64,000 nt of DNA from Octopus bimaculoides (GCF_001194135.2 NC_068999.1:20668836-20732835), one strand, 5' to 3'. Counted from the first letter of the stretch, positions 40,151 through 53,230 are shown. Program-made: numbers and translations. The notes: generated by a model from the sequence alone, not told the origin.

Positions 40151-40859
40151 AGTGGAGAATAATATGCTTTTCTACTCTAGGCACAAGCCCGAAATTCTTG
40201 GGCGGGGGCCAGTCGATTAGATCGACCTCAGTACGCAACGGGTACTTTATTTATCGATCCGGAAAGGATGAAAGGCAAAGTCGACCTTGGCAAAATTTAA
40301 ACTCAGAACGTAAAGACAAACGAAATACCGCTAAGCATTTCGCCGGGCGTGCTAACTTTTCTGCAAGCTCACCGCCTGAAGTGGAGAATGATATTTATTG
40401 CCACAGGCGGCTAAACATAGAGGGGACACACATGGACAGACAAAGGGATTAAGTCGATTACAATGATCCCAGTGCGTAACTGTTACTTATTTAATCGGCC
40501 ATGAAAGGATGAAAGGCAAAGTTGACCTGGATGGAATTTGAACTCAGAACGTAACGGTAGACGAAATATCTCTAAGCATTTCGCTCGGCGTGCTAAAGTT
40601 TCTACAAGTTCGCCGCCTTAAATGGAGAATAATATCCGTTTCTACTCTAGGCACAAGGCCCGAAATTCTCGGCTCAGTCGATTACATCGACCCCAGGATG
40701 CAACTGATACTTAATTTATGGACCCCGATAGGATGAAAGGCAAAGTCGACTTCAGCGGAATTTGAGCTCTGGACGTAAAAACAGACAAAATACTGCTAAG
40801 CATTTCGCCCGACGTGCTAACTTTTCTGTCAGATCACCGCCTTCAGTGGAGAATAATAT
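40151..40859 (-). mobile_element. Head-to-tail array of three SINE-A copies separated by four copies of a 15-bp TSD-like motif
   Basis: a(g/a)tggagaat(a/g)atat at 40151, 40380, 40621 and 40845; units of 229, 241 and 224 bp; the middle unit has a different 3' tail. Confidence 0.92.
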
Positions 40860-41505
40860 TTAAAAAAACTGTAATTAGTCAAATCGCTAGCTAATTTCCA
40901 ATTATTTCCTCATTATTCTGAATAAATGGCTCGAATAAAAGTACGGGCGTGCTATGATGTTCATAAGTGATCACTTCTTACACGTAAATACAGACTAAAA
41001 TTCATATATCTATCACTCTATCTATGTACTACTAAAACCCTGTGACCGCTTGCTTCTCTGTCATTTAATACAGCCAATCCGTATGTGCATTCTTGAATTT
41101 GTGTATAAATGTATGCGTGCGTGCGCGTTTGTCTGGAAGAAGATATATGCATGTGTTTTTTTTTTGTCTGGTGAATGCATCTGTGTGTGTTTCTTTGAAT
41201 ACATATTCATGCTTTGGATATGTATGCATGCAGGTGTGAAACACGTATTCCCGTGTAGTTGCAACAGTGTTGCTCGGAGAGCATGACAACGGGATTGATG
41301 CTTGGTGGCGAGGGGTAATTATACGTACTTAAATGTATGAATGCATACGTAATTATGTAAGCATAAAGTAAACTTTCCAGAAACCATGTTGGACTTCTTG
41401 TGTTTCACCATTTGGTAATCTAAGCCTGGTGGAGCCGTGTCTCTGTTAGAAACCTGCCAAACTTTAAGTGACATGGAGCCGAACCAAATTCTTTTACATC
41501 ATATA

Positions 41506-41664
<159 letters not shown>

Positions 41665-42216
41665 AGGTGGACAATAATCAATTCATCTCTATAGCCATAC
41701 TTAACATACTTCACGAAACGAATGGAATATAATATACTTACCACAAAGTTTGTATTTAACCGGAAGCTTTCATCTTGCTAAACAATCTTTACATCTGACA
41801 TTTGCACTTTTACAGTGAACTTAAACCAAATAAACAATAAAGAAATATCAGCCAATATATAAGAAAAAGGAACGGAAAAAGAAAAAAAAATGTGCAGAAA
41901 GGTAATGAATATGTATGCAGAAATTTTTTTTTTTTCCTTGCGCACTTTTTTTTCGTTCTTATTCCACATTTTGTTTCTTCTTCCCGCTCTTAATTTTGTT
42001 TTACTCCTTTCTTTCACTTCTTCTTAATTTTTCTTCCTCTTCAACTCCTTCTTAATTTTATTAATATTATTATTATCTTCATCATCATCATCATTATCAT
42101 CATTATTATTATAATAGTTATTTTTGTTAGTATTCATCTTCTTCATATTCTTCGTTTTCCTTTATATGTATCTACTTATTCTGCTCGTTCTGTCCATCCT
42201 ATTATTATTATTATTG

Positions 42217-42247
<31 letters not shown>

Positions 42248-42248
<1 letters not shown>

Positions 42249-42437
42249 TTATGTTTGACTTTTGCTTTGCATTAGAAGAAGAAGAAGAAGAAGAAGAAGA
42301 AGAAGAAGAAGAAGAAGAAGAAGAAGAAGAAGAAGAAGAAGAAGAAGAAGAAGAAGAAAACTGGTTTCAAATTTTGCCACAAGGTAGCAATTTTGGGGGA
42401 GGGGATGAGTCAATTACATTGACCCTAGTATTCAACT
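42248..42437 (-). mobile_element. Short 3' tail of a (TAA)n-tailed retroposon, (AAG)n, and a SINE-A tail fragment
   Basis: ttttatgtttgacttttgctttgcatt follows (TTA)n here and at ~50976; ttcaaattttgccacaagg..gagtcaattacattgaccc is the SINE-A tail. Confidence 0.7.
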
Positions 42438-42999
42438 CCTTCTTCGAAGCACGTTTGGACTCTGTGGGACTAGCAAATACAAGAGGAAGTAAAAGCATCG
42501 CAAACCTGATAGGTACCGACTAGATTCCTTGGACGTGTCAATGTGGACGAATAATGTCATCCAGATATTGCTGTTTGTAATGTGAAGTGGTTGTACGTTT
42601 TTTCTATTAATTAATTTTATTATAACACTGAGATACAAAGAAAGAGGAAAAAAGAGAGGTAAGAAAGCAAAATTAAAGAAATGTGAAAAGTGGAAGAGGG
42701 GATAAAGCAGAGGAAGACGAGGAGGGAGTTGGTCGATGTGCCATGTATCCTAGAACAAGTGGTGTGCTCAACAGCGCCTTATGGTAACGACCGTGATGGA
42801 ATTTTCGCAGAGAATGGCTAGTGACACTCACTGCTGCAGCCATCCCACAAGGCGTGCCTTATTTTCCCGACGGGTCGCCGTTATCCCTATTTTGCAGAGG
42901 AAATCGGTAGTACGAAGTCCTAGAAAACGTCGACGGTGACCGGTACAAAGTGATAGTGGTGGGCTAGGCCCCTATATTTACTGTCTTTTATCTCCTCCG

Positions 43000-43300
43000 C
43001 CTTACAAGTGACACCCGTGTGTGCAATAGATGCTGCAAGGTTGGTGCCAGTCTAATCTATGCAGGACCTGTAGGCCTGTAGATAAGCATAGCATAAGACG
43101 TTCACGTTTCAAAATCGTCGGCTACACAGACAATACATTTGTGATCTGTCCTATTGACCTAGTTGGCTTAGAATGCAGGGACCCTGTTAACGGAAGCTGA
43201 ACACATCACGTCTGGCATGCCATGCTTACATATACCAGATTAGAGAAATAGTTTTGCAAGCGTTAATGGAGGCAATAGTCAACATGAAAAGGTGGCTTGC
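43000..43300 (+). mobile_element. Highly decayed non-LTR RT fragment (possibly R1/LOA-like)
   Basis: agatgctgcaaggttggtgccagtct resembles RGCPQGGVLS and is followed ~30 codons later by FKIVGYTDNTFVIC (cf. +VGYADD..I). Confidence 0.35.
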
Positions 43301-44829
43301 CCTGAAAACGACAGATTAGACTCACTTAGGTTTTGGTAAGGGATTAGTGATAGAAAGAGATAAAATAGAAAGAAACACAGAAAATATGCATATATTTGTA
43401 CAAGTATACATGCAAAACGAGAGAAAGCAAAAGGTGGAAACATTCAGATGAATTTTTATATACCCAGAGTACAAACGAAAGAGAACATTAAAGGGGTGAA
43501 GGAAAGGTGTAATAAGTCCAACAGCAGTTTCTTGAAACTCGGCGAACCATAATAATTTTGGTACATTTTGTTGATCACAATATGCAGCCATATGGATCAT
43601 CGCATCAGACGACCTTCCGTCATCAGGGTAGAGAAGATCTTATATTTCAGATCTTAATGCAGAGAAGTTCGAAGCTGCAATACTATGTAGTATATATATA
43701 TTTGAAGAAAGACAACAAAAATGTATTTTTGTTGCTTTTCTTCAAATTTAATTCACCAAATCTCTTCATTTTGTTTTTGGTTTTTACCCTACCAAATTCT
43801 GGTGCCACAAACATTTTAAGTGCCACATTTATCTATATTATTATAGTATATAAATATATATATATATATATANNNNNNNNNNNNNNNNNNNNNNNNNNNN
43901 NNNNNNNNNNNNNNNNNNNNNNNNNNNNNNNNNNNNNNNNNNNNNNNNNNNNNNNNNNNNNNNNNNNNNNNNNNNNNNNNNNNNNNNNNNNNNNNNNNNN
44001 NNNNNNNNNNNNNNNNNNNNNNNNNNNNNNNNNNNNNNNNNNNNNNNNNNNNNNNNNNNNNNNNNNNNNNNNNNNNNNNNNNNNNNNNNNNNNNNNNNNN
44101 NNNNNNNNNNNNNNNNNNNNNNNNNNNNNNNNNNNNNNNNNNNNNNNNNNNNNNNNNNNNNNNNNNNNNNNNNNNNNNNNNNNNNNNNNNNNNNNNNNNN
44201 NNNNNNNNNNNNNNNNNNNNNNNNNNNNNNNNNNNNNNNNNNNNNNNNNNNNNNNNNNNNNNNNNNNNNNNNNNNNNNNNNNNNNNNNNNNNNNNNNNNN
44301 NNNNNNNNTATATATATACATACACACGGATATAGAAGTCCATATGCGTACGTGTGTGCGTGTGTGTATGTGAGTGTTTAAGTATGTGTCTCTGTGTGTG
44401 CACATATATACACAGGTGCGCACACAGAAGTAAAATACTTATGTGTACTTTTAACTTTTTTGCTCTTATAATATTATAACTTCGTTCGGTTCTTCCTAAC
44501 ATGACTCTATAAGTGAGCTGTTGTCTACATTATCCATACTATATTTGAGACTTGTAATCCTCAAACGATAATGGGAATATGATTTCACTTATTCCTGCTT
44601 TTTCATTCGCATGAAATATATAGGAAGGAGAGTAAGATCATAATTATGAAGAAATAATTTTTTAAAAACGAAAGAATATAAGAGAGACAGAATGTGGTAC
44701 AAAAATAACTGAATTGCTACGAGCTTGCTAATAACTATCTACCATTGATCGAGGTGATACGAAATGATATGAATATATCTATCATACGTATTTATATATA
44801 AGCACGTACACATCTATATATGCATGTAA

Positions 44830-44910
<81 letters not shown>

Positions 44911-44947
44911 TATATATGTATATATATACGTATATACATATATAGTT

Positions 44948-44978
<31 letters not shown>

Positions 44979-47090
44979 CATTCATATATATACATATATA
45001 TATATACACACACACACATATATATATATGTACATATGTGTGTGTATTTATATTTAAATGAATGTATATAGGTGTGCGCTTGCGTTTATAATTACTTCTG
45101 TGTGTATGCATGTGAGTATACGTATGTATACATGTATGTATCTAAATGCGTATATACATATATACATATGTATATAGCAGTACGAAGAGATATAAGTAAA
45201 ATGTGTATACACATTTTACTTATGTGTGTGTGACACACACACACCCATATATATATACACACACATATATATCAATATGAACGCCTACATATATGTATAT
45301 ATATATGTGTGTGTGTGTGTGTTTGTGTGTGTGCGCGCGTGTGTGTGTGTAGAGACATACACACATACGTATATATTTTCATGCATGCGTATATATACAT
45401 ACACGCATACTCACAGAATCGCTCATAAATTCTCATACACGCACTTAAAGGCACATATGCAAATAATACTTGGACGCATTTTTACACATTTCATGTTATG
45501 ATTGTTATGTGTTTTTGTTCGTTGTTATTTCTTCTCTTTCCTTTGAAGCTAATAACTATTTATTGGAAGTGGTATCGCAGACCTTGTTGACCCCGATGAT
45601 TTATCTTTAAAGCGTGGATATAGTCATGCAGGTTGCTTATTTGTTTGTTTGTTTTGTGTGTGAACTTATGTATATACTGAGTGACGGATATGCATATATT
45701 CGTAGGTAGACGTATAGTTATATAGTTACATAGGGGCATAGAATTAGACACGCACAATTGCTATGCGTATATAATTACATAGACAAGTACACACATTCAT
45801 ACAGTCATGTTTGCATACATCCATATATTAAAGTATAATTACATGCACATATATATAAGTATATATGTATATAGGTATATATGTTTGTGTGTATATATAT
45901 ATATATATATATNNNNNNNNNNNNNNNNNNNNNNNNNNNNNNNNNNNNNNNNNNNNNNNNNNNNNNNNNNNNNNNNNNNNNNNNNNNNNNNNNNNNNNNN
46001 NNNNNNNNNNNNNNNNNNNNNNNNNNNNNNNNNNNNNNNNNNNNNNNNNNNNNNNNNNNNNNNNNNNNNNNNNNNNNNNNNNNNNNNNNNNNNNNNNNNN
46101 NNNNNNNNNNNNNNNNNNNNNNNNNNNNNNNNNNNTATATATATATATATATATATATATTATCGGTAAGCAATCGAGCTACCCATTGCTTCCTCTTTTT
46201 GTGATTCTCAACTGCATATTTATTCATATGGATATATGTAATTATGACACTATTGGTTTGTTACTTCTTCGTCTGAACTGCGAATCTGTAGTTTGTTTGC
46301 TTATCATTGCTCTTTCTTATTTCTTCTTCCACTTTCTCTCCCATTTTTCCTTGCAATGTAATTAAATATGTTCGCCTAAACTCCTCATAACCCGTATATA
46401 AGAAACGAGTGTTCGTTACTTACTTTCTGACTTTGTTCGTGTTATATTGGTTCCTGATGTATTTGTTGTGCTTTTATGTTTCGCTTATAGTATATATATA
46501 TTTGTTGTTTTTATTTTGTCACTATTATTCTCTATATCCCCTCTCAAGCGGGAAATGTAAATGCTTTGTTGAAAATGATTGCAGGGCAGATCGGTTCTAC
46601 AAAGTTACACAAAGTTCAACAAGTCATCAGAAAGTTAGAAGTGAATTGTAAACAAAATACTTCTAGAAAATGTAAGCCGTAATAGATTGAAGATTACAAA
46701 ACAGAAAATAAAAGCATGTCATATTTTCTAGCGTTTCTCATTCTTGTCTATTCCCCCACCACTCCATATTCCAAATATCATGTATAAGTGTGAATTATTG
46801 AAAATATCATTACTCTTGATTTAAGTAATTTGATGGTTATTAGAGTTATGTTATTAGTATAAAATTTTTTGCCTTTACATCTAAATGGTAGCGGAAAGAG
46901 CAGGGGTGATTTTATTGAAGTATTAAACACAAAGCACAGTTCTCTTTTTCTTACACGAATTTTTGGAATTTTTGTTCTTTTACTTTCATTGAAATTTTAC
47001 ATGATTTGACTGGAGTGAACTCTGTCTTAACCAGCTGAAAGATAAGGAAGGCATAGTCTCTCTCTGTCCTATCAACCATGAACTAAATAA

Positions 47091-47641
47091 TTTATTTGGT
47101 GTATCAGTAGAAAATCCCTTCATGTCTCTTTGTAGTTTAAAATAATGTGGCAAAGTAATGTAGTTTTGCTGACATTAAAACGGTTGAGAAAATCCCTGCG
47201 TAGAGAGGAAATAGTACATTTCTTGACCAAGTGCGTTGACCAGCAATGTTCTACCGATGTGTTAGGTGGGTAGTGTGGATGCGGTTTATGATGTAACGCA
47301 TTTGTTTAAATTCCTCATATCCCGCATATTCAGACGGGAAATAATCTCCTATTGAATATATTACAATTAGCAATAGTATTACACTACAAACTTTCCTATT
47401 GACTGTGCGTCTTCATTTCCAAACAAAAGACATTATGACTGCCCAAAAGATATTGATATATTCGAATGTAATGAAAAGCAGTTGAGGCATCGAACAATTT
47501 TCTGTGACAGATTAGGTAATGTCAGAACTATGGAGATTTATGTTAGACACTGTGTCATTTATTTAGTGTGTTGATACAAAATCCCTTCACGTCTCTGTGT
47601 GGTTTAAAATAAGGGGACAAAGGAATGTCGTTTTGTTGACA
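47091..47641. repeat. Diverged 84-bp direct repeat pair, 467 bp apart
   Basis: 47091-47174 vs 47558-47641, about 15 mismatches and no indels by eye. Confidence 0.85.
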
Positions 47642-49073
47642 GCTGCAACAAGGGAAGAAATATCGATCGAATTTAATGCATTTAACATCTATAGTCATGA
47701 GATGAAAGCGGTTATTAATATTCTTTTAACTCGGACACTTTCGCATGCATACAGATACATATAATATTGTTTGATGAGGGAGATTTGAGCTCAAATACTT
47801 TTGATTAATTACCTCCGACGCTGTATGCCATTCATTGTATATGGGAGAAAAATAATCGCTTTCATAACGAAACATAAAGTTGTATATTTTCTAGACAAGA
47901 ATGATGGTTTATACTTTTACTATTGTCAGTATATTCAGTAAAATTCAGAAATGCCGAGTACATTTATAATTTTAGCTGGCTACATATTCAATAGGAATCT
48001 TCAACTCAACATTTGAAGGTTGTTATTCATAGCATTTATGTACTTCGAGAGATGATTCCAAAACGAAAATTAATTCACGTTCCCTTGGAAGTTTATAAAG
48101 TCTTACGACGCCGACAATATAAACGAGTGTGTGTGTGTGCGTTCGTGCGTGCGTGTGTGTGTTGGTGTGTGTGTGTGTGTGTATGTGTGTGTGTGTATGT
48201 GTGCATGTGAGTGTGTTGCGTGTATTGTGCTATGGTAGGATTGCTTCTAGAAGAGCTGACATGACGTTTCATTAAGAATTACTGTCAGTCTGTCAGTTAT
48301 GTGTTGCAAACTATAAAACCAAATTGCAATGTCAAATCATCAGAGATGCGTTACTTTATTAACTTCACTAGGTTAGTGACACTGTTGCCATGTCTAGTTC
48401 AGCTTCAATGCTACACTCACACTAATGCAGTAAAATTAAGAACTCATCTCTGAAGATTTGACAATGAAAATTTTTATACATAATCTACATTATATAAGTG
48501 ATAAGCAGTCTTTGTTAATCGGATGCGCATAAAATAATGTGACTAAATGTTGAAAAAACTAACTTCAATGTTGTGTATTCTTTGCTAAATGTAGTGACAG
48601 GTCAAACATCAAATTCCTGTAGTACAAGCCCTACTTACAGCTTCCTTTCAAATGTCATGTGTGATTTCAGGCGATCATTTATAGCTTGTTGAGGCTCGAA
48701 AGATATTTTCTACACTTCTTGACGTAGAGTTTTGTTATGAAAATCTGTCCTCATTCTGACAACGATTATATACCCATACAATGATTATACACCCATACTG
48801 TGAATCTATGAAAACATTCATTTGCAAATAGTGCGAATCAATTTTGATCGGCGAAAAGTGGTGCTGTTTGACAGTGTGTATATCATTATTTTATCATTAT
48901 TATTATTTTTATTGTTGTTATTGCTGTTTTTTTGTTGATGTTGTTGTTCTTCTTCTTCTTTTTCTTCTTCTTCTTCTTCTTCTTCTTCTTATTCTTCTTC
49001 TTCTTCTTCTTCTTCTTATTATTATTATTATTATTATTATCATCATCATCATCATCATCATCATCATCGTTGT

Positions 49074-49287
49074 TAATGCAGTGAGCTGCATGAGTCGGTA
49101 GCGCGGCGGACAAAATGCTTAGCGGTATTTCGTTCGTCTTTTTGTCTGGGTTCAAATTCTGCCGAGGTCGACTTTGCCTTTCACCCTTTCAGGGTCGATA
49201 AATTAAGTAACAATCAAATACTTGGTTCGATAAGATAAACTATTCCCCTCCACAAAAATTCCGGGACTTGTTCCAATAGCAGAAACC
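49074..49287 (+). mobile_element. SINE-A inserted in (ATT)n/(ATC)n
   Basis: B-box gggttcaaattc, core gccgaggtcgactttgcctttcaccctttcagggtcgataaaattaagta, tail agcagaaaccattattatt. Confidence 0.9.
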
Positions 49288-50899
49288 ATTATTATTTTTA
49301 TTGTTTTATTTCTAAGAAAGTTCGGCCTTCTTTGTTCCGGTAGATTCTGTGAGAGCAGACAGCAGCCTGCTGTCAGAAATCTCACATGGTCTCTTTCCGT
49401 ACGTTATAAGCTTTGATACTTGGTTGTTAATTATCGTGGGAGACATTCAACATCCAAGTGACAATCTCAGAATCCTAGCTGTCCCCAGCAGAGCAGTTTT
49501 TTCTTTTTGTCTTGCTCTGATGTCTATTCCGATTTCTCTGACATATTTATCGAGCTTCGCTGTTAGTGCTCCGAGTGCCCCTACATCTAATGGAATGACA
49601 GACACCCACCTCATAGCACACGTTCTTTCTCTATTTTTCAATCGTTTCTAGTTCTTTTTTACTTATGCATACATCTCCAGGTATTGCGATAGCTACAATC
49701 TTGGTTTCCTTTTTTCTTATATCTACCACAACAAAATCTGGCCTCCGTTTATTACTTAGGGAGTCACATGGGATTGCAAAATCCCACAGTATCTTATATT
49801 CCTTGTTCTCAGTCACTACTTCCGGTTCATGTTCGTGCCAATTTTGTGCTCTGTTCAGGCCGTTCTTTTCACATACCCTCCAGTGGACGAAATTATCCAC
49901 GTAATCGTGCCTTTCCTGTAGTGATTTTCGGTCAGCTCGTGACACTCACTCACAATATGTCAGATTGTTCCATTTCTGCCGCCACACATCCTACAACGGG
50001 GCTATCGGCTACTCTTATCTATTTGGGAATTGATGTAATTAGTTCTCAGAGCTTGTTCTTGAGCGCTGCATATCAATGCCTCAGTATATTCTTCCAGATC
50101 ACTTTCTTTTAGCCATCTTGAAGTAGTGTTCCTGTCTATTCCTTCGATTTCTCTGACGAATTGCCCATGCAGTGATTTCATTTTCCAATTGTTTACTCCT
50201 TCTTCTTCATCTTAGTTCTTAAATGTTTGTGGGTGCATCCCATTTTCAGAAGATATATATTGTTAATTCTAACAGCATCAAGCAAGGATTCACTCTGCTC
50301 ATTTATGTGCCATCTCTGACTGTTCTTCTCGTTAACAGGACAGATCTTGCATCCGATGAGTCCTCTTCCTCCCCTGTTCTGAGGCACATACACTCCGTCA
50401 CTATCGCTTTTGTGGTGTAGTTCCTTGTTATTTGTCATCATTTTTCTGGTTTTCCTGTCCATTTCCTCAGCCTCGTTCTTTGTCCACCTAACAACACCTG
50501 CGCCGTAACGCATTAAGGAAACAGACCATGAGTTCATTGCCCTGACCTTGTTTTCTCCATTGAGTCAACTTCCCGTAATTAATTTGATTCTTCTGAGATA
50601 TTCTTGCCTAAAGCTTTCCTTCGTTTCACTTTCCTTGAATTTGTTGTATTCCAAAATCCCGATATATTTATATCCATTAGTCTCAATATCCTTGATTTTT
50701 TGGACGTTCGGTAGCTCTACACAATCAGACGACACTACTTTGCCTTTTGTATCATAAACATACTACACTTTTTAATCCCAGATTCCATTCGATACCCTTA
50801 CTTAATATCTGCACTGTTGAAATAAGGCCACTTATTTCACGTTCGGACTTTCCCCATAATCTTTAAGTCATCTATATATAGCAAATGATTTTACTTTTA

Positions 50900-50900
<1 letters not shown>
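49288..50900 (-). mobile_element. R4/Dong-clade non-LTR retrotransposon, 5'-truncated (RT C-half, Zn knuckle, RLE endonuclease, 3' UTR, (AAT) tail)
   Basis: Broken HLLYIDDLK, NGYKYIGILE, RQEYLRRIKLI..LNGENKVRAMNSW, MRYGAGVVRWT..DRKTRKMMT..GGRGL, RHDYV..VHW..KILWDFAI..RRPDFVVVD..IAIPGD, KTALLGTARILR; many stops and frameshifts. Confidence 0.93.
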
Positions 50901-50976
<76 letters not shown>

Positions 50977-50978
50977 TT
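50899..50978. repeat. (TTA)n microsatellite separating retroelement fragments
   Basis: Visible array. Confidence 0.95.
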
Positions 50979-51165
50979 ATGTTTGACTTTTGCTTTGCAT
51001 TTGTACAAGTTGGATCCAAGTCTCACCCAGAGACCTCAAGAGACAACAAATTAGAAGTTCATGTAGGTGTTATGCCTAGGGTACCATATATTTGGATTTG
51101 TACATAGTGTTGTTCTAGAAAATGTTTAAGAAACCATAAGAAAATTATGTGTTTGTTTTAAAATT
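50976..51165 (-). mobile_element. ~190-bp (TAA)n-tailed retroposon fragment
   Basis: Minus strand ends aatgcaaagcaaaagtcaaacataaaataataat; the same 27-nt end occurs at 42248; bounded by (TTA)n on both sides. Confidence 0.6.
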
Positions 51166-51187
51166 TATTATTATTATTATTATTATT

Positions 51188-51590
51188 TATTGTCTTTGTA
51201 CAGCTTCTAACGCTGGAGATGTACTACGGTGCCAGCTGTTCACTACCAGTGAACTTAGGTAACACCCATTATTTTTCGAGCACAATCCTGAGTATTCGAG
51301 CAGTTCCAAGCGGTGCTGTTTACTGCAAGTACTCCACCCTTATTGCAGCCCCTATTCGTTCCATGTGCTTCTCAAGATTTTTACTTACTGCTTGCTCCCA
51401 GGGATACGACAATAATTGGTACTACTACCTTTTTCAGCGACCTCCCAAGCTAACCCGTCGTAATCTATCGACATTTCTGTCTTCCTTATTGCATATAATG
51501 TGTCAGCTGGGCATGCTATATCTATGCTACAGGATCGTTCGATATCTTTCTGAATTAATACTACGTCTGGCTTTCTATTCTTCCTATTTT
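51188..51590 (-). mobile_element. Second R4/Dong-type 3' fragment (RLE domain to tail)
   Basis: NRKPDVVLIQK..IDIACPAD..LAWEV and LEKHMERIGAAIRVEYLQ*TAPLGTARILRIVLEK*, then a short UTR and (AAT)n. Confidence 0.9.
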
Positions 51591-51615
51591 CCTTCTTCTT
51601 GTTCTTCTTGTTCTT

Positions 51616-51708
<93 letters not shown>

Positions 51709-51711
<3 letters not shown>

Positions 51712-52934
51712 TAGTTTTATTTTTATAACGTGCTTTCACTTCACNNNNNNNNNNNNNNNNNNNNNNNNNNNNNNNNNNNNNNNNNNNNNNNNNNNNNNNN
51801 NNNNNNNNNNNNNNNNNNNNNNNNNNNNNNNNNNNNNNNNNNNNNNNNNNNNNNNNNNNNNNNNNNNNNNNNNNNNNNNNNNNNNNNNNNNNNNNNNNNN
51901 NNNNNNNNNNNNNNNNNNNNNNNNNNNNNNNNNNNNNNNNNNNNNNNNNNNNNNNNNNNNNNNNNNNNNNNNNNNNNNNNNNNNNNNNNNNNNNNNNNNN
52001 NNNNNNNNNNNNNNNNNNNNNNNNNNNNNNNNNNNNNNNNNNNNNNNNNNNNNNNNNNNNNNNNNNNNNNNNNNNNNNNNNNNNNNNNNNNNNNNNNNNN
52101 NNNNNNNNNNNNNNNNNNNNNNNNNNNNNNNNNNNNNNNNNNNNNNNNNNNNNNNNNNNNNNNNNNNNNNNNNNNNNNNNNNNNNNNNNNNNNNNNNNNN
52201 NNNNNNNNNNNNNNNNNNNNNNNNNNNNNNNNNNNNNNNNNNNNNNNNNNNNNNNNNNNNNNNNNNNNNNNNNNNNNNNNNNNNNNNNNNNNNNNNNNNN
52301 NNNNNNNNNNNNNNNNNNNNNNNNNNNNNNNNNNNNNNNNNNNNNNNNNNNNNNNNNNNNNNNNNNNNNNNNNNNNNNNNNNNNNNNNNNNNNNNNNNNN
52401 NNNNNNNNNNNNNNNNNNNNNNNNNNNNNNNNNNNNNNNNNNNNNNNNNNNNNNNNNNNNNNNNNNNNNNNNNNNNNNNNNNNNNNNNNNNNNNNNNNNN
52501 NNNNNNNNNNNNNNNNNNNNNNNNNNNNNNNNNNNNNNNNNNNNNNNNNNNNNNNNNNNNNNNNNNNNNNNNNNNNNNNNNNNNNNNNNNNNNNNNNNNN
52601 NNNNNNNNNNNNNNNNNNNNNNNNNNNNNNNNNNNNNNNNNNNNNNNNNNNNNNNNNNNNNNNNNAATATGATTTATTGTTTCTTGTCGATCTCCACATA
52701 TTCTACAGTTACTTGTTATATTTCTTTTCATTATGTGTTTTTGGTAATTTCTGGTGGGGAGGCTTTGGTCTTGTGCAGCAATTAAAAATCCTTCAGTCTC
52801 TGCTTTGAGTCCTGAGCTTCTCAGCCATTGCTGGGATTTTTCTCTGTCTATTTCTTTCGCATTTAGTTTAGCCCAGTATTTACCATGTAGGGGCTTTTCT
52901 TGCCATCGTTTTATCATGGTCCGTTGCTGTTCTA

Positions 52935-52935
<1 letters not shown>
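51709..52935 (-). mobile_element. Third R4/Dong-type fragment, mostly in the gap
   Basis: RWQEKPLHGKY..SQQWLRSSGLKAETEGFLIAAQDQSLPTRNY..CRICGDRQETINHI is open and well preserved. The 921-N gap is about the length expected for the RLE plus UTR, and the sequence left of the gap ends aaaactactgaataataat. Confidence 0.88.
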
Positions 52936-53006
<71 letters not shown>

Positions 53007-53230
53007 TAAGGTGGTGAACTGGCAGAATCGTTAGCGATATGCTAACGAAATGCTAACAGAGGGCGAAATGCTTAGCGGCATTTCGTCCGTTTACGCTCTG
53101 AGTTCAAATTCCGCCGAGTTCGACTTTGGGTTTCATCATTTCGGGTTCGATAAAATAAGTACTAGTTGAACACTGGAGTCTACGCTATCAACTAGTCCTC
53201 TAAACCAAAACTTTCAGGCCTTGTGCTACA
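53007..53230 (+). mobile_element. SINE-A in (ATT)n
   Basis: Head taaggtggtgaactggcagaatcgttagc, B-box gagttcaaattcc, core and tail; small local inverted duplication cgttagc/gctaacg. Confidence 0.9.

Noticed and set aside
40151-40859. CRISPR-like regularly spaced 15-bp repeats
   Set aside because: The spacers are ~225-bp mutually homologous SINE copies, there are no cas genes, and the context is eukaryotic.
48250-48300. Hammerhead-like CTGACAG..GAAACGTC on minus
   Set aside because: The core is not CTGANGA and helix II is weak; likely chance.
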